A DNA stretch of 64,000 nt from an uncultured Acidobacteriaceae bacterium (GTDB lineage Bacteria > Acidobacteriota > Terriglobia > Terriglobales > Acidobacteriaceae): positions 2,911 to 66,910 of the forward strand of contig CAXTNM010000017.1 in assembly GCA_964245715.1 (NCBI GenBank), read 5' to 3'. A program made the position numbers and the translations under genes. This document shows, one piece after another, positions 1-9,258 of the stretch (its first letter is position 1; every line of letters begins with the position of its first letter). The notes beneath the pieces were generated by a model. That model ran no database searches. It was not told the origin of the DNA and saw nothing but the letters and a program-made list of their open reading frames with translations.

Positions 1-1
1 G

Positions 2-241
2 ACGATTGTGGACTCGCACGACGGCTTTGTGAAGATTGTCTCGGACGCGAAGTATGGAGAGATCCTGGGCGCGCACATCATCGGGCCGCAGGCGACGGAG
101 TTGATCGCCGAGATGGTAACGGCGATCGAGCTCGAGGCCACGGTCGAAGAGATGATGTTTACGATTCACGCGCATCCAACGCTTGCGGAGAGCCTGCTCG
201 ATGGCTTCTCGAGCGTGGAAGGGCTGGCGGTGAATGTTTGA
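2..241 (+). CDS. lpdA: Dihydrolipoamide dehydrogenase (E3), C-terminal part; gene begins before the window
   Basis: GEILGAHIIG and IHAHPTLAE C-terminal motifs of E3; adjacent to lipB and an E2 gene. Confidence 0.93.
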   Translation, partial: TIVDSHDGFVKIVSDAKYGEILGAHIIGPQATELIAEMVTAIELEATVEEMMFTIHAHPTLAESLLDGFSSVEGLAVNV

Positions 242-371
242 GCTGGTTGGGTGAGCCTGTCCGGGGGAAGCATCGACGGGCCGCCTGAGCAATCCAGCCT
301 CTGCCTACGCGTTGAAGGGAATTACGCAGGATGCCGGGATGACCGTCGATGAGGTCCGCAAGCTGCTCTAA

Positions 372-1157
372 ATGTTCACAAACATTCTCTCTCCGGGCCG
401 GATCTCCTACGGTGAAGGGCTTGCGCTTCAGCAACGGCTCGTCACAGCGCGCAAGGCGGGGCTGATCGGCGATACGCTGCTGCTGCTGGAGCACCCGCCG
501 GTTTTGACCCTGGGCCGCAACTCGAAACGCGAACATGTGCTGGCCACGGATGAGTTGCTGGATGCGAAGGGGATCGAACTCCACGAGATCAATCGCGGCG
601 GGGACGTGACCTACCACGGGCCGGGCCAGCTGGTGGGCTACCCAATTGTCGATCTACGCGGCGATCTGCCGGGCAAGAAAGGCCCGCACCTGGGGCCGGT
701 GGACTTCGTGCGGCTGCTGGAAGAGATACTGATCCGGGTCTGCGGCGAGTACCGGGTGATGGCGCAGCGCATCAAGGGACGCACGGGCGTCTGGACGCTG
801 GCGCACGGAAGCGTGCAGGAGAAGAAGATTGCCGCGATCGGGGTCCACGTCTCACAGGGGGTCACCTCGCACGGATTTGCGCTGAATGTGACAACGGATC
901 TACGTGATTTTCAATGGATCGTACCGTGCGGGATCACGGACCGCGAGGTGACGAGTCTCGAGTTGGAGTCGGATGTCGATCCGGCGCCGACGCTTGAAGA
1001 TGCGCTGAACGTGACCGCGAGGAACTTCGGCCGGGTGTTTGAGCGTCAGATGGTCTGGTGTGAGTCGCTGGAGCGGCTGCTCAAAGGCAACGCGTATCAG
1101 GATCAAGAGGATAGAAGGCCAGTAGGGACCATCGCCGACGCGGTGAACCCGACTTGA
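372..1157 (+). CDS. lipB: Lipoyl(octanoyl) transferase
   Basis: LLEHPPVLTLG, RGGDVTYHGPGQLVGY, KKIAAIGV, HGFALNV and IVPCG motifs. Confidence 0.96.
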   Translation: MFTNILSPGRISYGEGLALQQRLVTARKAGLIGDTLLLLEHPPVLTLGRNSKREHVLATDELLDAKGIELHEINRGGDVTYHGPGQLVGYPIVDLRGDLPGKKGPHLGPVDFVRLLEEILIRVCGEYRVMAQRIKGRTGVWTLAHGSVQEKKIAAIGVHVSQGVTSHGFALNVTTDLRDFQWIVPCGITDREVTSLELESDVDPAPTLEDALNVTARNFGRVFERQMVWCESLERLLKGNAYQDQEDRRPVGTIADAVNPT

Positions 1158-1240
1158 TCCTGTAGTTTGCCGTTGATCCTGGTTGCGCCTTGCTTTGTTC
1201 TATAACCGCCCACGCTGGGCCAGCCCTGTGCGCCAAGACT

Positions 1241-1246
1241 TATAAT
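1241..1246 (+). promoter_or_regulatory. Putative sigma70 -10 box for the E2 gene
   Basis: Perfect TATAAT 43 nt upstream of the ATG at 1289; no clear -35. Confidence 0.4.
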
Positions 1247-1288
1247 CCAAGGGCGCAGATGGAATTTCGCAGGATAGAAGGATGGACC

Positions 1289-3085
1289 ATGCCGATTGAT
1301 GTCGTAATGCCGCAGATGGGCGAGAGCATCACCGAAGGAACGCTGACGAAGTGGTTGAAGAAGCCGGGCGAGCGTGTGGAGCGGGACGAGCCGCTGTTTG
1401 AGATCTCGACCGACAAGGTGGATGCCGAGATCCCTTCGCCGGCGGCCGGAGTGTTGGGCGAGCTGAAGATTGAAGAAGGTGCGACGGTCCAGATCAACAC
1501 CGTGGTTTGCACGATCGATGAGAGCGGTTCGGGCACACCGGCTGCTTCGGCGCCGGCGACTTCTGCTGCTCCGGCAGATTTGAAGGAAGATTCTGCGACT
1601 CCCGCGGCGGAGGCTGAGGCGGCCAAGGATGAGGCGATCAACGCTCCTGTGGCGAAGGCTCCGGATGCAGCGAGTGCGCCATCTGCTGCTTCCGGCACTG
1701 AGGTGACGATGCCACAGATGGGTGAATCGATCACCGAAGGAACGATCACCAAGTGGCTGAAGAACGTGGGCGATACGGTGGCACGCGACGAGCCCATCTT
1801 CGAGATTTCAACCGATAAGGTGGATGCGGAGATCCCGTCGCCCGTGGCCGGAACGCTGACCGAGATTCGAGTGCAGGAGGGTTCCACCGTCACTGTCAAC
1901 ACCGTGGTTGCGGTGATTGGCGGCGGGGCGGCCGCTCCAGCGGCGAAGGGCGAGGCACCCGCCGCTTTGGCTACAGCGTCTTCTGCTGCATCGGCACCCG
2001 CTGCAAGTGCTTCCGTGGGCGAGACGCCGCGGTCCTCGCCGCTGGTCCGGAAGATTGCCTCCGAAAACAAGGTCGACCTTCAGCAGGTGCCCGGTACGGG
2101 CGCTTCGGGCCGAATCACCAAGGCAGATATCCTCGGGCATCTGGAGAAGCCTGCCGGTCAACCAGCTGCCGGCCAGCCAGTGACGGGGCAGGCGGCTGCC
2201 GGTCAGCCGACGACTCCGGGCATCGCAGCTGCAGCCCAGGCTCCGCAGCAGAGCCCGGCGCAAACTGCGGCGCAGGTTGGCGCAGCGTCCGGCACGACGG
2301 CGATCCAGGCTTCTGTTTCAGCGGTGCAGTCGGCCCCGGCGACCACTGCTCCGGCGAAGGCCGCGGGCGGCGTGCAGCAGCTTGGCGAACTGGTACCAAT
2401 GACCAAGATGCGCTCGATCATTGCGAAGCGCATGGTCGAATCGAAGGCGACCAGCCCGCACGTGCACACGATCTTCAAGGTCGACATGACGCGCATCGTA
2501 AAGCTGCGTGAGAAGGAAAAGGCCAAGTACGAGCAGCGTAATGGCGTCAAGCTGACCTACATGCCGTTCATCACGCGAGCGGCTGTGGTGGCATTGCGCA
2601 AGCACCCGGTCGTTAATGCGGCGATCCAGGGAGAGGCCATCTTCTATAACCGCAACATTAATATCGGGATCGCGGTGGCGCTCGACTGGGGCCTGATCGT
2701 GCCGGTGGTGAAGCAGTGCGAGGAGAAGAACTTCCTGGGTGTGGCGCGCTCAATTGTGGACCTGGCAGACCGCGCGCGGACCAAGAAGCTGGCTCCGGAC
2801 GAGGTCTCAGGTGGCACGTTCACGCTGACCAACGCGGGCATCTTCGGCGAGCAGTTCGGTACACCCATCATCAACCAGCCGCAGGCGGCAATTCTCGGCA
2901 TCGGCGGCCTGAATAAAGAGGCCGTGGTGCTGACCGACAAGGATGGCCAGGACACGATTGCGATCCGTTCGATTCAGCGGTTTACCCTCGGGTTCGACCA
3001 CCGGATTGTGGATGGTGCGGACGCTGGCAAGTTCATGACCGACTTCAAGACCTACCTCGAGAACTGGTCGGAAGATATCGGGTAG
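1289..3085 (+). CDS. sucB: 2-oxoacid dehydrogenase E2 (dihydrolipoamide acyltransferase, SucB/DlaT type) with two lipoyl domains
   Basis: Two near-identical ISTDKVDAEIPSP lipoyl domains, Ala/Pro linkers, SPLVRKIA E3-binding domain and catalytic FDHRIVDG. Start moved from 1190 to MPIDVVMPQ at 1289. Confidence 0.88.
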   Translation: MPIDVVMPQMGESITEGTLTKWLKKPGERVERDEPLFEISTDKVDAEIPSPAAGVLGELKIEEGATVQINTVVCTIDESGSGTPAASAPATSAAPADLKEDSATPAAEAEAAKDEAINAPVAKAPDAASAPSAASGTEVTMPQMGESITEGTITKWLKNVGDTVARDEPIFEISTDKVDAEIPSPVAGTLTEIRVQEGSTVTVNTVVAVIGGGAAAPAAKGEAPAALATASSAASAPAASASVGETPRSSPLVRKIASENKVDLQQVPGTGASGRITKADILGHLEKPAGQPAAGQPVTGQAAAGQPTTPGIAAAAQAPQQSPAQTAAQVGAASGTTAIQASVSAVQSAPATTAPAKAAGGVQQLGELVPMTKMRSIIAKRMVESKATSPHVHTIFKVDMTRIVKLREKEKAKYEQRNGVKLTYMPFITRAAVVALRKHPVVNAAIQGEAIFYNRNINIGIAVALDWGLIVPVVKQCEEKNFLGVARSIVDLADRARTKKLAPDEVSGGTFTLTNAGIFGEQFGTPIINQPQAAILGIGGLNKEAVVLTDKDGQDTIAIRSIQRFTLGFDHRIVDGADAGKFMTDFKTYLENWSEDIG

Positions 3086-3086
3086 T

Positions 3087-3473
3087 TCAGGCCCCAGCAT
3101 CCTGTGACTGTGAACGGCTCAGCTTCATCGCTGTGCCGTTCTTTTTTGCCGCGATCAGCTGTGAGTAGACGGCGTCGACGTCCTCGCGGGTGCGAAGGAT
3201 CGTGCATTCATTTTCCGCAAGCTGTTGCGGCGTCAGCACGACGAGCCCTCGGCCTGGGCAAAGCTTGAGACAGGGCACCTTCAGGATAGAGGGGGGTTTG
3301 TTCCCGTGTTGCTTGCTGATGCGCTTCAGGAGCTTCTTCAGCGGCGTGATGGATTCGGGATCGCCGTCATGTTTGAGTCGTCGCTGGCACTTGCTGCAGG
3401 CGAGAAGAACGGGTGATTTGAGCGGGAGTCTGCAGGTACGGGGGCCGAGTTCGTCTGAGGTGCGCTTGGACAT
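3087..3473 (-). CDS. Thioredoxin-like (2Fe-2S) ferredoxin-family protein
   Basis: CSKC and VPCLKLCP cysteine pattern; AAGGA ribosome-binding site (RBS) before MSKRTS at 3473. Confidence 0.5.
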   Translation of the reverse strand: MSKRTSDELGPRTCRLPLKSPVLLACSKCQRRLKHDGDPESITPLKKLLKRISKQHGNKPPSILKVPCLKLCPGRGLVVLTPQQLAENECTILRTREDVDAVYSQLIAAKKNGTAMKLSRSQSQDAGA

Positions 3474-3557
3474 CCTTGTTGGGATGCAGGGCGACGAAAA
3501 GAGAACCAGGCAAACGCCTGCAATCTTCAACGCCTTCGGTTTCCTCTGAGCTGGGAG

Positions 3558-4457
3558 CTACTCGACGACGTCTTCGTTGTAGCCGGAGCGCTTGTCCGCG
3601 GCAGAGACTTGCGGCGGGAGGACGAGTCGCGCGCGAATCTTCTGAAGTTGATCCTGTTCTTCCGTGCTCGGTTCCCCACCTGGCGGCTCGACAACCTTAC
3701 GCACGTAGAAGATGTTCAGGTTCACGATGTCGGATGCGAGCAGGATGAAGACGCTGCCGGGAATCTGTCGCCAGAAACTGTTCCGGTTGTCGGGCCGACC
3801 TTTCTCCTTGTACTCTTCGCGCAGAAAACGTCGTGGAGAGACCAGGGTAAGGGTCTGGAGCGAGCCGTCCGCCGCCAGCACCTTCTTGTCGACAGCCCCC
3901 TGGTACAACATGCCGTTCCTGGTGAGGACGTCGGCGATCAGGGTGAGGTCCCCTTCGGGCAGCAGCATGTCGGAGAGCCAGACGTGCCAGTCGGCAAGCA
4001 TGGGGGTCACGGCCTGGGCGAGCAATTCGCGAAGAAAGGGATGCTTCAGCCGTCTGCGGATACGACCGAAATTGGCGATCAGGATGCATGCCATGATGGC
4101 GCCCAGAACAACCAGCAGATACTCGCGCCAGAGCAGAGAGAAGTTCATTCCGAGGAAGCCGCGAACACTGGGCCACAGGTTGGCGCGATCGGCGCCCCCG
4201 CAGGTGGTACTCAGGCAGGCGTAGACATTGATCACGGTATTGCTGTCACCCCAGACCCTGAGCGAAGGAGTGTGAATCACCCACAGGATTGCCATGCCAA
4301 GCGGGATCACCGCCCAGAAGACGGCACGGGAGATCTCTTCGCCACGATTGGCCGAAGCCGGTCTGCGGGGTGCGACAAAGCCGATGATGGTGCGGGAGAT
4401 GAGATCCGGACCCAGCAGGTAGAGCGCAGCAAGAAAGCTGACCGTGAGGGCAAGCAA
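3558..4457 (-). CDS. Membrane protein of unknown function (DUF6338-like)
   Basis: Three to four N-terminal hydrophobic segments, then a soluble domain (LYQGAVD); TTG start directly after the upstream TAA. Confidence 0.55.
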   Translation of the reverse strand: MLALTVSFLAALYLLGPDLISRTIIGFVAPRRPASANRGEEISRAVFWAVIPLGMAILWVIHTPSLRVWGDSNTVINVYACLSTTCGGADRANLWPSVRGFLGMNFSLLWREYLLVVLGAIMACILIANFGRIRRRLKHPFLRELLAQAVTPMLADWHVWLSDMLLPEGDLTLIADVLTRNGMLYQGAVDKKVLAADGSLQTLTLVSPRRFLREEYKEKGRPDNRNSFWRQIPGSVFILLASDIVNLNIFYVRKVVEPPGGEPSTEEQDQLQKIRARLVLPPQVSAADKRSGYNEDVVE

Positions 4458-4670
4458 TTACTTGGTCCAGGACTCGACTTCTCGGAGGCTGATCGTCCGC
4501 GGCCCGAAGCTCGTGGGAACAACCATGGACTGGTGCTCGTTGAGCTGGGTCACGGCTTCGTCTTCGTGGTTGCGAAGGTAAGCCATCACATCGTCCCAGA
4601 CCCGTACCTGCGTGGTCTCGATATTCTGGTCGATCAGCGTCAAGGCGCCTTCGAGTTCACGACCGCTCAT
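4458..4670 (-). CDS. Small hypothetical protein translationally coupled to the downstream membrane protein
   Basis: 70 aa; strong GGAGG RBS; stop codon abuts the next start. Confidence 0.6.
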   Translation of the reverse strand: MSGRELEGALTLIDQNIETTQVRVWDDVMAYLRNHEDEAVTQLNEHQSMVVPTSFGPRTISLREVESWTK

Positions 4671-4791
4671 GCATGATCCTCCCAGAGGAATAGATGCCTA
4701 CTGCAGAGAAGAGTAGCATAGCGCAGTTCTGCTGAAGCATCTTCACCTGCACTCTGGCTTCGATTGTCTACCGCCGATGCGTGTCACTCGC

Positions 4792-5952
4792 TTAGAGCGC
4801 GGCTTTAGCGCGGAGGACGAGTTCGACGGCCTCATCGGCAGTTTTGCCGATGGCCGAGAGGTGGCCCATCTTGCGCCCGCGGCGAGGCTTCAGCTTTTCG
4901 TATAAGTGGAGCTTGACGCCCGGCACGGCGAGCGCGCGGTCGAAGCAGACTTCGCGCGGCTTTCCTTCAGCATCCAGCCAGAGGTCGCCGAGCAGGTTCG
5001 CGATGGCTGCGGGCTGAACCACGTCGACATCGCCCAGTGGGAGATCGCAGACGGCGCGGATAGCCTGTTCAAACTGCGAAGTGACGCAGGCGCGTTCGCT
5101 TTCGTGATAGCTGTTATGGGGGCGCGGCGCGAGCTCGTTGATGAGGAGTTCACCGGAACCGGTGACGAACATCTCGACCGCGAGCAGACCTTCGAGGGCG
5201 AAGGTGTCGGCGATCTCGCCGGCAATCTGGCGAGCTTTGGCTTCGAGTTCCGTGGTGATTGGCGCGGGGATGACTGACCAGTCGAGGATCTGGTTTTCGT
5301 GATGATTCCAGGCTGCGGGGTAGACTCTGACCTCGCCGCGCGGGCTGCGCGCAACCATGACGCTGATCTCGCGTTCGAGGTCGATGGCCTTTTCGACCAC
5401 TCCGGGTCCTTCGCCGAGGGCCTCCCAGGCTCCTCTTACTTCTTCTTCGGAAACTGGTCCGTTGAAGCCGACTTTACCCTGGCCGCGGCCATCGTAGCCG
5501 CCGGTGGCAGACTTGCAGAAGCAGCGCGGGCCGAGCGCCTCGATGGCTGAGCGGGTTTCGTCGAGCGAGTGCACGGCGCGGAAGTCGCCAACCGGAAAAC
5601 CATGCTTAACCAGCCAGTTCTTCTGCTCGATGCGGTCCTGGATGATGGCCAGCATCGCGCCGCTCGGGCGGACGGGGCAGAAGGTAGCGGCGCTTGCCAT
5701 GGAGTGCTCGCCGATCTGTTCGATCTCAAGCGTGACCACGTCGCAGCCGCGGGCGAGCATGGCGGCGCCGCGTGAATCGTCCCATCCGGCCTCGATGCAG
5801 CCATCGACGATGAAGCGTGCGGGGCAGCCGGGATCGGGGGCGAGCACGAGAATGCGATAGCCCATGGCGCGGGCGGCCATGGCCATCATGCGGCCAAGCT
5901 GGCCGCCGCCAAAGATGCCTATGGTTGAGCCGGGAAGTAAGGGCGCGCTCAC
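4792..5952 (-). CDS. purK: N5-carboxyaminoimidazole ribonucleotide synthase
   Basis: GIFGGGQLGRM, GGYDGRGQ, NELAPRPHNS, LYEK..RRGRKMGH motifs; overlaps purE. Confidence 0.96.
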   Translation of the reverse strand: MSAPLLPGSTIGIFGGGQLGRMMAMAARAMGYRILVLAPDPGCPARFIVDGCIEAGWDDSRGAAMLARGCDVVTLEIEQIGEHSMASAATFCPVRPSGAMLAIIQDRIEQKNWLVKHGFPVGDFRAVHSLDETRSAIEALGPRCFCKSATGGYDGRGQGKVGFNGPVSEEEVRGAWEALGEGPGVVEKAIDLEREISVMVARSPRGEVRVYPAAWNHHENQILDWSVIPAPITTELEAKARQIAGEIADTFALEGLLAVEMFVTGSGELLINELAPRPHNSYHESERACVTSQFEQAIRAVCDLPLGDVDVVQPAAIANLLGDLWLDAEGKPREVCFDRALAVPGVKLHLYEKLKPRRGRKMGHLSAIGKTADEAVELVLRAKAAL

Positions 5953-6458
5953 TGGGGCTCTCCATCTTCTACGGTTTCGGCGAGAACAGCATCGCGTGTT
6001 GCGTCGCGACGCGCGATCAATCTCTGCTGGAGCGCGGGGTCGGTCGTGGCGAGCATGGCGACTGCCAGGAGGGCGGCGTTGGCCGCTCCCGAAGCTCCGA
6101 TGGCGAAGGTTCCGACCGGCACGCCCTTCGGCATCTGCACGATGGAGAGCAGCGCGTCAAAACCCTGGAGCGCTGTTGCGGCGACCGGCACGCCCAGCAC
6201 CGGCACGGCGGTCAGCGCGGCGATCATGCCCGGCAGGTGCGCGGCTCCGCCGGCTCCGGCGATGATACAGCGGAGGCCGCGATCGACGGCAGACCTGGCG
6301 TAGTCGAACATGAGGTCGGGCGTGCGGTGTGCGCTGACGACGCGAACTTCATGCGGGATGTCGAACTCGCGGAGGATCTCGACGGCGGCTTTCATTACCG
6401 AGTAGTCGCTGCGGCTGCCCATGACGACGCCGATAAGAGGATTGGGTACGGCCTGCAT
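5949..6458 (-). CDS. purE: N5-carboxyaminoimidazole ribonucleotide mutase
   Basis: VMGSRSD, VSAHRTP, AGAGGAAHLPG, SIVQMPKGVPV motifs. Confidence 0.97.
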   Translation of the reverse strand: MQAVPNPLIGVVMGSRSDYSVMKAAVEILREFDIPHEVRVVSAHRTPDLMFDYARSAVDRGLRCIIAGAGGAAHLPGMIAALTAVPVLGVPVAATALQGFDALLSIVQMPKGVPVGTFAIGASGAANAALLAVAMLATTDPALQQRLIARRDATRDAVLAETVEDGEPQ

Positions 6459-6495
6459 AAGGAATGATTATAAAGTGCGCCCTCACGCCGGGCCG

Positions 6496-6640
6496 GCGGT
6501 ACTGCGTGTGCCGGGAGCTTCGCGTGGTCCTCCCGCTGGTCGGCACAGACATGAGTGCCGACCGACGGGAGGAGAACGCGAAACCCAGGATGGCACGAAG
6601 TGCTCGCTGCCCGCGCTGAGGGCGCACTCAGGCATGTTTG
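6496..6640. repeat. REP-like composite palindromic repeat, copy 1
   Basis: GCGGTACTGCG (6496-6506) and GGTCCTCCCGCTGGTCG (6526-6542), forming a hairpin with GTGCCGACCGACGGGAGG; same motifs recur near 10680 and 12635. Confidence 0.7.
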
Positions 6641-6852
6641 CCGGTCAGATAGCCAATCACAACGTGCAACACGGCAAGCAGCGGGCCCAGTGCCGCGACG
6701 ACTCCCTTCATGCGCTGCAGCGCGCGTTCGGTTGAGACCAGGCGGCCTTCCAGTTCGTGCAGCCGGCCTGGCTGGCCAATCCCGAGGATCTGTTCCATCT
6801 GGGCTTTTAGAACTTGCAGGTCGCCCAGGACCTGCGCTTCATAATCTGTCAT
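6628..6852 (-). CDS. Small holin/XhlA-like membrane protein
   Basis: 74 aa; coiled-coil N-terminus and one C-terminal transmembrane segment (VVAALGPLLAVLHVVIGYL); GAAAGGGA RBS; last gene of the cluster. Confidence 0.5.
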   Translation of the reverse strand: MTDYEAQVLGDLQVLKAQMEQILGIGQPGRLHELEGRLVSTERALQRMKGVVAALGPLLAVLHVVIGYLTGKHA

Positions 6853-6870
6853 ATCTCGATTCCCTTTCGG

Positions 6871-9258
6871 CTAGCTGCCTGGTTGATGGTTGAGGATGGC
6901 GGCCGAGAAGCGTGAATAGAGCGGCGGCGTGGAGGCGTCGTACATGCATAGGAAGAAGGTCTCGTCGGCGGCGGCGAGGGGAATCGAGAATCCGCGTACA
7001 GGACTGCGCAGGACCAGATCGCCACTCGCACTCGGAGCAGTGAGCGAGCCGAAGCCGCCGTCTCGTCGTCGCACCTCGAAGCCTCCACCCGGGGGCGGTG
7101 CAATGCCCGCGTCGACCGTCAGCGAGGTTGAAGAGGCAGGAGTGATCGTGATCTGCGAAAGATTGGCGAGGACATGAACGGGGAGCGTAGCGCCTGTAAC
7201 AGAGTCGATGAGATCGAGCGCCGCGACCGGGAGGAAGGCGTCGGCTTCGATGGTCTCGGAGAGCTTGAGCCCGAGGCCTTCGGCCCAGTCGTTGGCGAAC
7301 GTGATCCGGTAGGTGAGGGCTTCGGGGCTCGCGTCCTGCTGCGAGACGGTGACGCGGCGCACGATGCAGTTCAGCGTCTGGTTCTGGCTAAGGACGATGA
7401 GCAGATCACCGGGCCAGATGTCCGGGCTGGCAGGGTTCACTGCCTCATACGTACCGCTGAGAGCGGCCGCACGATTCGACGCAAAGCTGAGAATAGCCTG
7501 CGCGGCGGCCTCGCAATCCTGACTCGAGCGGGCGGGCGGTTGGACAACGTGGCCAAGCCAGCGGGAGGTTCCTGCAACGCCGTTCGTCTCTCCGGCTGCC
7601 TCGACGGCCAGGCTTGCGGGGTCGGCGACCCGTGCGATGGCGCGCCCGCGTCCGCGGTAGGAGACCGCGATGGTCTCGCCCGCGGCGGGAACGCGTCCGG
7701 CAAAGAAGGTGATGCGGCCCGTGGTGGAGGAGGTGACGGAACAGTCCGCGCCATCGGAAGCCTTGCCGACCAGGCGCGTCCACTGCGTGCCGGTAGAGCT
7801 TGTGCTGCGAACCCAGCAGGTGCCGCTGCGAGTCAGCGTGAGCGATCCAACGGACCCGGAGAGTGTGAGGCTGTTGATCGGAACGAACGTGACCTGCGCG
7901 GGCGAAAGGGCGATTGAGCCGTCGTAGAGCACGGTGATCGGCGTGTTGGAGGCGGAGGCCTGGTCGCGCGCCTCGAAGACGAGAGAGACCGGCGCCGGGT
8001 TGGTGCCGGAGCCGAACTGGGCCACTGTGGAGCCACGGGGCGGCGATTCGACCAGGGCGTAGAACGATTGCTGGACGCGCAGAAGCTCTGGGCAATGAAG
8101 CCGCAGGCGGAAGGTGTACACGTGGGCGGGAGCGAGGGTAAGCGACGTGCCTACCTCGACGCCGTTGATCATTGGGGTGGCAAGCGTCTGGCCGGCGCTC
8201 TGGCGAATGTTGAAGCCCGCGAAGCAGTTGGCCTGCCGGGTGCTACCGTTGTAAAGCCCGCCGAGGATGCCGGCGGAACCGGCCGTGAAGGTGACGGCAT
8301 CGAATTCGAGGACGAGCGAGCCGCCCACTTCCAGTGGATCCCAAGCGGCGACGGTGGTCTGGCCGTCGAGACCGTTGCCGCCGCTGACCGTGAGGCCCGC
8401 TGACGTGAGGGACAGGTGCCCGCCGGGATCGTTGGTCTGCCACTGCTGCAGGTTGAGGGTGGATTCGGTGAAGGGTTCGGCGATCAGCGTCGCGTGTGCG
8501 GCGTCAGGTGCGTCCGGCTCGCCGAGCAGACCGAAGACTTCGGTGGTGCCGTCGCCGGTGAAGAGCTCCGTCCAGTAGGCGCTCGGTTCGAGAGCGCCGG
8601 TGACGGTGATGTCGTTCGCGAGCTCTTTGAGCGAGGTTGTCCTCAACGCGCCGACGGCGAGCGATCCGTCGCCATCCGAAAACGTGTGTTGTACGAGCGC
8701 CAGACCGGCGAGTCCGATCGTCCCGTTGATCGCGCGATAGCTGCTGTAGGTGGAGTTCGCGAGAAGGCCGGCGTTGCTCGACCAGTTACTTCCCTTCTCC
8801 GGCTCAAAGATGCCGGTGAGGTTGGTGGCGGCGCCCGTAGTCGTCAGGACATTGGGCGCGAGGCGCTGCACGAGCGACGTCATCAGGTTGGAGGTCGACT
8901 CGCCGAGTCCGGTGCCGACGGTCGATCCCCAGGACTGCTTATCAAGCAGCCACTCGTCTGAGACGGCGGAGAGGGCGAGGCGGTAGACCGGCCCGGGACT
9001 CGCCTCGCCGGCGTAGAGTGCCGTGGGTTCGGTAGTCAGATAACCCGTGAATAGCGTGATGCCGGCGGTGGTGCTGGTCACAACGACGCGACCGCGGCGC
9101 ACCGGCGTCGGCAGGATGGAGGCCTCAAGGCAGAGCATACCCCGGAGGGCACTCGGCGCGTTCAACGTCCGGTTGATCTCGAAGGGTTCCGAGTTGTCGA
9201 TGGCGGCGGTGTAATCGATCGGTCCGAGCCCGTCGAGATTGTCGATCGTTAGCTGCAT
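6871..9258 (-). CDS. Putative tail hub / host-specificity protein (795 aa)
   Basis: Beta-rich, Thr/Gly/Ser-rich protein starting MQLTIDNLDG at 9258, overlapping the portal stop. The C-terminal IVRRVTV..YRITF resembles tail-hub beta barrels. The track ORF's extension to 9642 overlaps portal and is rejected. Confidence 0.55.
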   Translation of the reverse strand: MQLTIDNLDGLGPIDYTAAIDNSEPFEINRTLNAPSALRGMLCLEASILPTPVRRGRVVVTSTTAGITLFTGYLTTEPTALYAGEASPGPVYRLALSAVSDEWLLDKQSWGSTVGTGLGESTSNLMTSLVQRLAPNVLTTTGAATNLTGIFEPEKGSNWSSNAGLLANSTYSSYRAINGTIGLAGLALVQHTFSDGDGSLAVGALRTTSLKELANDITVTGALEPSAYWTELFTGDGTTEVFGLLGEPDAPDAAHATLIAEPFTESTLNLQQWQTNDPGGHLSLTSAGLTVSGGNGLDGQTTVAAWDPLEVGGSLVLEFDAVTFTAGSAGILGGLYNGSTRQANCFAGFNIRQSAGQTLATPMINGVEVGTSLTLAPAHVYTFRLRLHCPELLRVQQSFYALVESPPRGSTVAQFGSGTNPAPVSLVFEARDQASASNTPITVLYDGSIALSPAQVTFVPINSLTLSGSVGSLTLTRSGTCWVRSTSSTGTQWTRLVGKASDGADCSVTSSTTGRITFFAGRVPAAGETIAVSYRGRGRAIARVADPASLAVEAAGETNGVAGTSRWLGHVVQPPARSSQDCEAAAQAILSFASNRAAALSGTYEAVNPASPDIWPGDLLIVLSQNQTLNCIVRRVTVSQQDASPEALTYRITFANDWAEGLGLKLSETIEADAFLPVAALDLIDSVTGATLPVHVLANLSQITITPASSTSLTVDAGIAPPPGGGFEVRRRDGGFGSLTAPSASGDLVLRSPVRGFSIPLAAADETFFLCMYDASTPPLYSRFSAAILNHQPGS

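Noticed and set aside
3609-4676. Plus-strand 355-aa ORF and other long antisense ORFs (e.g. 12041-13195, 17520-18503, 19862-20881, 42561-43619, 48244-49389)
   Set aside because: They lie opposite well-supported genes and show no motifs; such shadows are expected in GC-rich DNA.
5830-5850. PurK reads LAPDP where LDPDP is usual
   Set aside because: Single substitution in an otherwise intact gene; may be natural variation or a base-call error. It is noted as a caution for the kinase lesions.
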